This document shows, piece after piece, positions 11,258 to 20,500 of a stretch of DNA of 64,000 nucleotides; position 1 is the first letter of the stretch; each line of letters begins with the position of its first letter. The stretch is from Nemertoderma westbladi (Eukaryota > Animalia > Xenacoelomorpha). The notes beneath the pieces were generated by a model. That model was not told the DNA's origin. It worked only from the letters and a program-made list of their open reading frames with translations, and did no database searches. The stretch spans positions 10,749 to 74,748 of the forward strand of contig JAUCBJ010002320.1 of the NCBI GenBank assembly GCA_032718475.1, in the 5' to 3' direction. The position numbers and the translations under genes are program-made.

Positions 11258-12061
11258 TTCACCTTGGCCGTCACGTAAAGTAATTAAGATTGTTTTTAGT
11301 TTTTTATTCAACAACGGGTAATAGCAAATGCTCTCGTATTCGTGATTAATATATTTTCGATTTAATTGTGTTAAAGGACAGGTTCTTAAGAGCGGAGCTA
11401 AAGCATCACCAACAAATGAGCTCTTAATAATATCTGTATATATGAAGATTGTATCTTTATTACGAGTAATATTCGTTGGATTTGGAAAATCTAAAATCCC
11501 AATTTCCGAAATTTTTGGTCCACTATAATTTAAAATTAATATCGGCTGTTCTATATTGCTTAATTCATCCACTGTAGTGGTACTGTATATATCCCAATTC
11601 GGAATACCTGGATGATTCTGATCCAATAACTGTTTTAAGCCTAGAATTTGTATTAAATCACCGCGTAGACTTAATTGTATTTTTTTCAACTTTTTAGGAA
11701 ATTTAAATTTAATTCTAGAATTATTTGTATTAAAAATGAATTCGAAATCTCTATATTTCGCTTCAGAATTAAACAGTTTATTTATATCATCAATAATGAC
11801 TTGAATAGAGCTATGCATACCAGGAAATAAACTGCATAATTTGGCATCTTTTGCATCTACCCCGATTGACAGCGAGATTTGAGTTTGCAGAGTAATATTA
11901 CTGTATGTTGCTTGGTATTGTATCTCGGCGAGTCCAATTTTAGTGTTTGAACCAATATATAATTCTTCAGCTAAATCAACAGTAAACTCGCTAGGGTTAT
12001 TATTGGGGTATGTGTTTAATGAGCTATCTGAAAGTAGAGTGATATATGTATCTACAGCCAT
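11234..12061 (-). CDS. Minor capsid protein (penton), C-terminus truncated by insertion
   Basis: YITLLSDSS..YPNN.PSEFTVDL, IGLAEIQY, IFIYTDII..SFVGD..APLLR, YYPL..ITLRDGQGE. Confidence 0.9.
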   Translation of the reverse strand: MAVDTYITLLSDSSLNTYPNNNPSEFTVDLAEELYIGSNTKIGLAEIQYQATYSNITLQTQISLSIGVDAKDAKLCSLFPGMHSSIQVIIDDINKLFNSEAKYRDFEFIFNTNNSRIKFKFPKKLKKIQLSLRGDLIQILGLKQLLDQNHPGIPNWDIYSTTTVDELSNIEQPILILNYSGPKISEIGILDFPNPTNITRNKDTIFIYTDIIKSSFVGDALAPLLRTCPLTQLNRKYINHEYESICYYPLLNKKLKTILITLRDGQGELRGDITP

Positions 12062-12074
12062 TATTATTATTATT

Positions 12075-12498
12075 TAAGCTCTCTCTACTTGACTCCTTTG
12101 TACATACAGTACGGTATAATGTTAAACTATAGACATCTGTGACCACGTTCATTGTTTCTACAGTATATGCGAGAGATCAATATTTAAAGCGAATGAAATA
12201 TAGATATTAGACTTACAGCATAGTAATATCATTCGAGTTAATATTGATTAATTACGATCATATGTGACCATTATTCGCTTAAGCTCTCTCTATTTGACTC
12301 CTTATACATACTGTATAATGTTAAATTATAGACATCTGTCACCGCGTTCATTACCGCTTCTACAGTATATGCGAGGGATCAATATTTTACTGGCTTTATT
12401 TAAAGCGAATGAACTATAGATATTAGACTTACAGTATAGTATAGTAATATCATTCGAGTTAATATTGATTAATTATGGTCATATGTGACCATTATTCA
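12075..12498. repeat. Imperfect tandem duplication, ~205-220 bp, upstream of penton
   Basis: TTAAGCTCTCTCTA..ATATGTGACCATTATTC occurs near 12075 and 12279. Confidence 0.8.
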
Positions 12499-12531
12499 CG
12501 CAATGAATTAATATACAGTATAAACCTAAAC

Positions 12532-13620
12532 TTATTGAATATGCTGTACCCACGACTGTTTTTTGGATCCAATGAATCGGACTAAATATTCTTTTTTCCC
12601 ATTGCGCACACATTCTTTAAGTTTGCCAATATTTTTGTCAATCGGAAGATAAATATTACTACTCGGGTGGACCTTTTGGAGTTCGTATGAATAAAATGAA
12701 CCATTTATTATAGCACCAGCGCTGTCCTTAATATCGAACAATACCGCTGGTACTCTATCCAATCTGACCCGATGAATAACAAATAATTCACGTGTCCATT
12801 GTTCTCCATAGCCTTTAGCAAAAGCTGTACGCACGATAGATAAACGTATTGTATCTCCAACTTGAAATTTTATTTTCTTGTGATTAATCTGTCTATATTT
12901 CCCATATAATCTATTAATTAATTCAGTTTCATTAAATTTATTAACTTCAATGGGAGTCATTTGTATTGTCCTATGAAATGACCTATTATAAGCAAAAATA
13001 AGCTTCGGTAAAATTTTTATCCAAACATTATTTCCCTATTGCGTGAAAATTTTGAACATCTTTGTTTTTAATGTTCTATTGAATCTCTCGACAATAGCCG
13101 CCTTATTCACAGAGTACATTACGTAATAACGTACACCAATAGTATCTAAATATTTTCTTACAGATTTATTTAGAAACTCAGACCCTTGATCAGTCGCGAT
13201 TCTGTTTGGTTTACCTTTCTGGAATATTTTTTGCAATATACTAATAATTTCAATACCTGTTTTTGTCTTCATACCATAGGCAAAAGCAAGCCGGCTAAAG
13301 GCATCAATATATGTTAATATATAGTTATAATTATTATTTTGTGATTTATATTGCTGCATATCCACCAGATCTATCATATATATATCTTTTAACCCTCCCG
13401 TAAATATTTTAGATGTTGGATAACGATGTCTACGTGGTGCGTGAAGGGAGTATGTCTTTTGCCCGCTCAACCATTTCTGAGCTTGAGATGGTTTGATGTT
13501 TGCGGCTTTTGCTAATTTTGCGATACTTGCAAAACCTGCAGGCGATGAAGGATCTAAATAAATTCTTAACAGTTTTTTGTCTAAGCTTCGGCTTAAGATC
13601 GGTTTCATCTTGCGTGGCAT
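12532..13620 (-). pseudogene. Retroviral-type (RVE) integrase with chromo-like C-terminus; in-frame TAG at 13036-13038
   Basis: D-D-E motifs IDLVDM, TDQGSEF and VERFNRTLK. The frame continues past the stop (Q*GNNVWIKILP..YNRSFHRTIQMTP) into FQVGD..WTRELF..FYSYELQ..EYLVRF. Confidence 0.93.
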
Positions 13621-13671
13621 CTTTTCGACAACCGCAAGTAATATATATATTCAAATCTCTTATAAAGGGCA

Positions 13672-13839
13672 CTACCGTAAAAACAGCTGAAATTTTTTTA
13701 TTTTCTTTGAAGTTGATGTTTTGAAGGGTTTTCTTTTTGTAGTATTTACTCTAGGTATATCTTGAGGTTTTAAATCAGTAGCTAACGGTTTACTCGATAC
13801 TAAATATAATTTTCTAAATGTTACTCCCGTTTTAACCAT
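13672..13839 (-). CDS. Short basic ORF (55 aa) between PW-like gene and integrase
   Basis: MVKTGVTFRKLYLVS..., with its ATG directly after the upstream stop. RKLYLV resembles the start of the gene I recall at this position in Mavericks. Confidence 0.35.
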   Translation of the reverse strand: MVKTGVTFRKLYLVSSKPLATDLKPQDIPRVNTTKRKPFKTSTSKKIKKFQLFLR

Positions 13840-13841
13840 TA

Positions 13842-14225
13842 TTACCGTCCGCGGTTATTTTTTTTCGCAATAGCCGCTCCAGCGGCAGCGGCACCAGCAC
13901 TCGCGGCGAGTTTCGCACCAATGCCGAGTAAGGGTATTAGAAACCGTAGTATGCCTCCAGATTGATTGGTTAACTTTTTTCTGTAACTTGATATATTTTT
14001 TGTTTTGCGGTTGAGCGATTTTAATACCTTTTTATAACGACGAATATTTCTAAATGAATGAGGGGTCAATTGTACGTTACCTTTTAGAACATTTAATGCG
14101 GTATTTACAATGAGTCGTATTAATTCGTTACTCGCGGTATGGTTAATAAAATAAGTTCTTTGTTGAGGGGTAGCGCTGCGTAGAAATTCCAATTCGTTAC
14201 GATATTTCTGCACAAGTCTATTCAT
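13842..14225 (-). CDS. Small basic Polinton core protein (PW/pX-like)
   Basis: ALNVLKGNVQLT, an Arg/Lys-rich segment, then a QSGG protease-site-like motif followed by hydrophobic ILRFLIPLLG. Confidence 0.75.
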   Translation of the reverse strand: MNRLVQKYRNELEFLRSATPQQRTYFINHTASNELIRLIVNTALNVLKGNVQLTPHSFRNIRRYKKVLKSLNRKTKNISSYRKKLTNQSGGILRFLIPLLGIGAKLAASAGAAAAGAAIAKKNNRGR

Positions 14226-14258
14226 TGTTGCAACATTATTGAAAATTGTTACAAAATA

Positions 14259-14939
14259 TTAATTATTATTATTATTATTATTTTCGCTACGTTTATAGTC
14301 AATGTAATTTTTAATGTAACAATTATGATTACGAAATATATCCGATCTAAATCTTAAATGTTCGGGTGTTTCCTGTCGTAAATCAATTAAGAAATGCGAA
14401 AATGGTTCAATAGTCGCATCTTGATAGGAATCTACTAAAAATTTGGTCTGCCCTGGTAACATCTGCTTCGCGAAATTTAAAACCGATAAACTGTCTCGCG
14501 GATTTTTCATTAATACATTCATTTTTCATTCATTAATGGATCTTGTACGGTTATGCTTCCCACCGTAAAACATGTTTTGCGTTATGAAACAAATAAATAT
14601 ATTGGAATGATGAGAAACCTTAGTAAACAATACAGTTAAGGCTGTACTAGACTCAGTTTCTGTTAATAAATCATCTATAATTAATAAATCTCGACTATTC
14701 ACTAAACTATCTATATTTTCAGGCAAACCTTTGTAAAGGTGAGTAATACCAGGAATAGTCGGGGGATTGCTCCCGTAACGATACAATACTCGTAAGGGGG
14801 GTTCGTTGAAGCAGCCATTCTTGTGTTTAATTAAATTACCAACAAATGTAGACTTTCCGGAACCAGACGGACCAGAAATTATCATACTCATTCCCATTTG
14901 AAAGTTTAAATTATATGGACCTGAATTAAAGTCAGCCAT
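14259..14939 (-). pseudogene. A32/FtsK-like DNA packaging ATPase; in-frame TGA at 14526-14528
   Basis: Walker A GPSGSGKST, Walker B LLIIDD, ITQNMF, then KNPRD and FLIDLRQETPEHLRFRS in the same frame after the stop. Confidence 0.93.
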
Positions 14940-15127
14940 TTATTATTATTATTAAGATATATCAACAATACAATATAATATAATATAATATAAATATCAA
15001 TAAACCATCACCATTACTATGTATATATGTAACAATTCACAAAAAAAACAGCATTTTACAACAAAAAGTATGTACAACTGTAGTATTAGTATATTTATCA
15101 TGGCAATCTTTCGTTCTATTTATTACC

Positions 15128-15829
15128 TTATTTGAAAAGATTGTGTAATCGTATACCTGCAATCAACAGACATTGTTTTCGATTTAAATAATGTCCATAC
15201 CAAGTGAGATAGCGGTGACATCGTATAAATTCGTTATACTTCTTAGTTTGACATTTACGTTCTATACCACGTCCGTAGCATTTAGTACTGGAAATATGAC
15301 TTAGAGTATGCTCCATCAAAGTGCGAATTACTCTCATACACAAATCATTGCAAAGAATACCTTCATCAAGTTTCAAATAATACTTTTTTGGTTTTATACC
15401 TCTCGAAGATGATTCATCTTTATATGTCTTAAAGTAAATATCAAAACTACGTAAATTCTTATTTAATTTTACTGTGATATTTTTATGTTCTTCATCAAAC
15501 AACCAAGGTACCATAAAGCCGCCTTTTTTCACTATATATCGATAAAAAATATTCTGTGATATTGTAAATAACTCGTTAGGTTCGTTACTTTTTCCTGAAA
15601 TGTAAATAGAATTCCGCAGCTCTTTCCAATAATATGGATTATATAACTTGTTTACTCTGCAAAGTGTCTGTACTCTACAAATTGGACAAATTTTAGTACA
15701 ATCATTAATTTCAACATGTTGATCAATACATGTCACACAAGTTCCATGTTTATTAACATATATGTAACAATCAAGATGTTTTAAATTAGAATAACAAATA
15801 CTACAATTTGTGTTTATTAATATATCCAT
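15128..15829 (-). CDS. RING-finger protein (putative E3 ligase), Polinton accessory
   Basis: N-terminal CSIC..H..CVTC..CPICR pattern in an intact 233-aa ORF. Confidence 0.7.
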   Translation of the reverse strand: MDILINTNCSICYSNLKHLDCYIYVNKHGTCVTCIDQHVEINDCTKICPICRVQTLCRVNKLYNPYYWKELRNSIYISGKSNEPNELFTISQNIFYRYIVKKGGFMVPWLFDEEHKNITVKLNKNLRSFDIYFKTYKDESSSRGIKPKKYYLKLDEGILCNDLCMRVIRTLMEHTLSHISSTKCYGRGIERKCQTKKYNEFIRCHRYLTWYGHYLNRKQCLLIAGIRLHNLFK

Positions 15830-15896
15830 TTTTCTTAAATAACCAAACCAAAATCGTTAAAATGTTGATAAAATATTTATAATATAGCTGAAAGAG

Positions 15897-16322
15897 TCAA
15901 GAATCATCTTCATTGTCATCGGTTTCTTCAGTGGTTACAAGGGTTTCTTTCGAAATAATAACAATAAACAAAGCCATAATTTCATAAGCATTTTTACAAT
16001 CTAATTTGATCTCAAACTTTTCACATTTATTGCTCGCTATATTACCACTATATTGAGTAATAACAATAAAGTTATCTGACATTGATAAAATTGTGAATTT
16101 ATCTAAATCATCTTCTTCTTTGTAATCTAAAAGGTAATTAGTAGAATCTACCTCACCGAAAATATCAATAGATTGTAGTTCTTTTCTTGCTTGTTCAGAA
16201 ATGTCTATTTTAAAATTAGGTTGTGAAGGACAATAAATAGTGTTACCAATAACAATACAAGTAAGATTATCTACAGTATTAAATGTATGTCTTATTACAG
16301 GCGCAGGTGTATCAGAAGACAT
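15897..16322 (-). CDS. Acidic protein of unknown function, Polinton accessory
   Basis: Open frame from ATG 16322 (MSSDTP) preceded by an (AAT)n leader, with an acidic tail. Confidence 0.55.
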   Translation of the reverse strand: MSSDTPAPVIRHTFNTVDNLTCIVIGNTIYCPSQPNFKIDISEQARKELQSIDIFGEVDSTNYLLDYKEEDDLDKFTILSMSDNFIVITQYSGNIASNKCEKFEIKLDCKNAYEIMALFIVIISKETLVTTEETDDNEDDS

Positions 16323-16417
16323 TATTATTATTATTATTTTATGTAATAACAATTAAATAACAGCGACAAGACAGATAAATAAATATTAATGATATTTTTT
16401 TCTATTCTATTCATATA

Positions 16418-16480
16418 TTTATATAGATCATGTTATATATACAACCAATCAACTAAGAACACGTGTCACATGTAACCAAT
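16418..16480 (-). promoter_or_regulatory. Putative promoter of the minus-strand gene block
   Basis: The minus strand reads ATTGG, CACGTG, TGATTGGTTG and TATATAAA in that order. Confidence 0.45.
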
Positions 16481-16675
16481 AGAAAGTAAATAATAACAGT
16501 AAATGAAGCAAAATAGGTCAGGCTACAGTATAACTCGGATATTTATCGCCTTTTTCTCTCGAGGTTGGATGGAAGAGTGAGTGGTGAGTTGTGAGGAGTT
16601 ATAACGGTCCCGAGTTCGAACCCAGTTGAATATTTTGTTATCTGAAAAATTGCAAAATTAAATTTAGTTACTGGT

Positions 16676-17153
16676 GAAAAATAGTAGAAGTTACCTGTAG
16701 ACACCTCTAGCGTCTGTAAAATAAAGGTTGGTGAATATGAAAATACTGGTTGCTGAAAAATAGCGATTTGAAAAATAGTAGAAGTTACCTGTAGACACCC
16801 CTAGCGCTTGTAAAATAAAGGTTGGTAAATATGGAAATACTGGTTGCTGAAAAATAGCGATTTGAAAAAATAGTAGACGTTACCTGTAGACACCCCTAGC
16901 GCTTATAAAATAAAGGCTTATGATTGGAGGAAGGAGTAGCGTTGGGTGACTAATAACGCCTCTAGCGGAAGATGCGGGAACTTGAGAAGTTACCATGGTT
17001 ACAGTTGAAATGCTGGCATCTGATTGGTTGAAATAATAACGACCACTGCTAATGGTTGAAATGGTGGCTTCTGATTGGAGGAAGGAGTAGAAATGGATGG
17101 TAATACTGGGCTATGGGTGACCTTGATACAGGTTCATATAAATATATACTACT
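16676..17153. repeat. Polinton right terminal region (probable TIR) with ~94-bp tandem repeats
   Basis: ATAGTAGA.GTTACCTGTAGACACC at 16681, 16775 and 16870; TGATTGG at 16921, 17021 and 17072; terminal ACTACT. Confidence 0.7.
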
Positions 17154-17232
17154 TACATGCCTAACCTCTGGTGATTCCGCTATACAGCCTATACCTAGCA
17201 AACACTATCAACCTGGCTACCAACCTAACACT

Positions 17233-17588
17233 ATGCCTCCAAAGTTCCTGAATAACAACAGATTGAAAGTTGAAAATAGAAAGAAAGATAAACAGTTGAT
17301 AATAATGGTAAATAAATCAAATTCTGTGAGTCCCAATGGATCGAAATCCTTGAGTCCAAGTGGAATGGAAGAGATGAAATTTTCCAAGAGTTTTCAAAAA
17401 CGGGTTGAAGTGCTGAAAAGTCAACAAGCATTAAATGCACACATTCTGCCAAAGGAACCAATTAATAAAAGGACAAGAATCCACGATTGCGTTATGAAGC
17501 CAAGGATTTTGTTTACTCAATGGGCCTCTTCTACTACTTTACATGGTGTCTGGCCCATATGGAATAGGGAACGCTTCATAGGAATCAG
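17233..17588 (+). CDS. DEG/ENaC exon 1 (HG motif); start codon uncertain
   Basis: FTQWASSTTLHGV; donor AG|GTGCGT at 17589. Confidence 0.8.
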
Positions 17589-20500
17589 GTGCGTATGTTT
17601 TCGTGGTAACATCTACTCGGGGTTCTGGCACAAGGTGAAAGTAGTGGAAACAAGTCACATGGCTCGCCGCGAAACAGTTCCATAGCTAAACGTATATTAT
17701 ATGTCAGGGAGAAAGGTTTCCCCTCCAATATCCACATTGCTAATTTCCTAATACCAGTATCGCGGTGTCGGAGTGGATACAGCGCAGTTTAATTTCCGAC
17801 TAAGGGTTGTTGAAATTTCGCTCTGTTATCTCGTTAAGCAAAACACTTTAGAGATTAATGCTCACCAGGTGGATTAAAGATAGTTTCACACTCTTGGGAG
17901 TTAGTGTGGCTCCCTCCCTGCCTAATAGGTAACGGCCAAGAGAGATGAGGAGCATTCGGCTTGCCTCCCATTTTTATTACAAATGTGTTATTATTTGCAC
18001 TGTTACTAATTTAAACATTTTTATGGCTCTAAATCCCCAGATCTGTAGGCCTACTGTACCTCCTGTATTGTTAACTCACACGGAACGTATTCAATTATAC
18101 ATGCATAAAAAATTTATTCTCCTAATGCAATGAGTATACAATGCGATATAGTATGCAATAGTATGTAATGCGCTTACAAAATGTTTATGGATATTTACTT
18201 ATTCTCACATCCACACATTGTTTTAGGATATTGTGGCTGATTGCATTTATAGGAAGCATCACTCTGTGCGCCGTCCAAACTTTCGAAGTTATTACGAAAT
18301 ATTTGAATGAGGAGAAACTTACATCAGTGCGGACAAATGTGCCTGGTGAACTTGGAATTCCATTTCCAAGTGTAACAATTTGTAATAGAAATATAATGCG
18401 GTGAGTGAGTAACTGCTAAATATTATTAAAAAATAATTCTAGAAATCTGATAAAATATAAATTTCCCCGGCTTGGGCCATGACCTACTATAATAAAGTAA
18501 ACCATATAAAAGTAAGTAGAAGTTAACAGGGGGGGGGGGGGGGGGGGGGGGGGTACCCTCCTGGACACATTTGAAATTTTATGACTGTGCAAGAATTACT
18601 TAAATGGTCCAATAAGCCATGCCACATTCGAGGTATAATATAATAATGTGTTGAAATTTAAAATTTTTTAGATTTTGTTGCTCTCAAGAGGTGAAGATAA
18701 GAAATTGAAATATTCAGAAAATTTGCTACTTTTGCTAATTAATATTCACTTTCACACTCTCTCGTATCGTTTTTTTGAATTCAGCAAACAAAATTACATC
18801 ATAAATTTCGACCACATTTTTTAAATAGCCCTGTAAAATGTCGACAAAAAAATCACCTAACTAAAAAATCCTGTCGAAAAATAATTTCCAGCGTAAAAGT
18901 ATCTTTCTAATAACGTTTGAAACGTGTCAAATGACCAAGAAATGGCGCACTAGTACCGGTAGAATTTTTGGTGAAAAAAAAACAGTTCCGAGAAAAACGG
19001 CTTTAACGTTTAAACCCTCCCGCTCAAAATTATCTCCGGTATGTAAATATGTAAGGATGTATATTAATATATATCTATGAGGGTAACATTCCATCACCTA
19101 GCTAAAATGTTCGCTGTGGGGGTTTTCCTGGCCTCTGATTTCATTTCCGATGTCAGTTTTTAATTTACACAGGATCTTGTATGACTTTTTGTCAGTCTGT
19201 CAAAGTTTTGACAGACCGACTGAAAGACAGACCGGCGGACAGACAACCATAACTCGATAAATAAATAGATCTCGCTAAGCCGTATTAAATATCTGTTCTA
19301 GATAAAATAAAAAAAAATTCAAAATTTTAATCCGGTGGGGGGGGGGGGGGGGGGGGCACCCTCCCCCCTTAAGCCACCACGTTAACAGATGTGTTATTAT
19401 CAATAAGAGCGATTACACTTAATAACCATTTCTTTTACAAAAATAAAGTAACATTTATTTTAACCGACATTATAATCCGCATATTCGCGGAATAATTAAA
19501 GCATTTTCATTTCGAGGCCGAGGAAAAAATCACGAGGAAATGCGAATCATAAGGAGGACAAATAATTATTTATTACATGGGGAAAAAGGTAGAACTTTTT
19601 TCACTATTCTCTATAAGAATTTTATTTACCGAGCGTCAGCGAGGTTTTAATAAAGGGCCGATTCTAATAAAGTGTCATTTCTCTGAGAAAGCGGTGGGCA
19701 ATTTTAGTTAATTTGGCCCACCAGTTCAATACCTATAATAGGCCCTGCCGACATTAAGGGGGGGGGGGGGGGGGGGGGGGCTTTACCTTTTTTTAAGATA
19801 AAAAATTCCCCTTTTACTAGGGCAAATCTGGTCCTGTAACTAGGACCCCCTTCGTTCTGGGATAAGGACGCCCTTGGTCCTGGATTAAGGACCCATATAC
19901 TTGGCTGCAGGGGTATATGGCCTGACCAGGCAGATGGTGATCTACCAATGGCTGGTCCCCCATGGAAACGAGGTATAACCTCATGGGGCTATCCTAGGTG
20001 CACCATATTATTTTTAAATAGTGTTACTGTGTTAACAGGTTAACGTTATTTTTAATTTTGTTGTAAATGTTGTCAGAATGCTGGAATGTTATGCAGGGCC
20101 GATCATTAAGTATGTCTATTTATGCTGTCAATTTTAATATGTTTCGTAATTTTAATATGCTTTGTGTTCGTTTTACAGTAGGCACTATTACTATAATTTG
20201 GCGTCCAATAAAAAACTTCAACTTCAACTTCAACTTCAGGAGTAGAGTGTTCTTATGTCCACTCTGAGAGCACTTCACTGCGACCTGCGCCTGGCAGCAA
20301 GGGTACAGGGCATGACCCAGCAGATGAGCTGCAACAGCCAATGGTGGGTCATGTGCGCCAGAGTAGATATGGGTGATGGGCCTCATATCTGACTTCATTG
20401 CGACACCCACCCTGTGGAATGGCAAACCAGGGTGTGGTATTTGCCCCGAGAGTTGAAGATAAAAAATGCTGGCTCAACATGTTTAGTTTTGGAGATATTA

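Larger units (their letters stand above)
1..17153. mobile_element. Polinton/Maverick (adintovirus-like endogenous virus), right part; left end outside window; defective
   Basis: pPolB, A32 ATPase, RVE integrase, adenain protease, penton and MCP fragment are clustered. The right end reads ...ATATATACTACT at 17153 (AGTAGT on the minus strand, a typical Polinton terminus), followed by candidate 6-bp TSD TACATG. Confidence 0.95.

Noticed and set aside
13030-13045. Programmed readthrough of the integrase TAG
   Set aside because: There is no recognisable readthrough context and neighbouring core genes are also broken, so a nonsense mutation is simpler.
16565-16636. Functional tRNA gene
   Set aside because: The acceptor and T stems do not pair properly; kept only as a Pol III-like motif.
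17113-17685. Single-exon 190-aa gene
   Set aside because: It spans the Polinton terminus, DEG/ENaC exon 1 and intron read-through.
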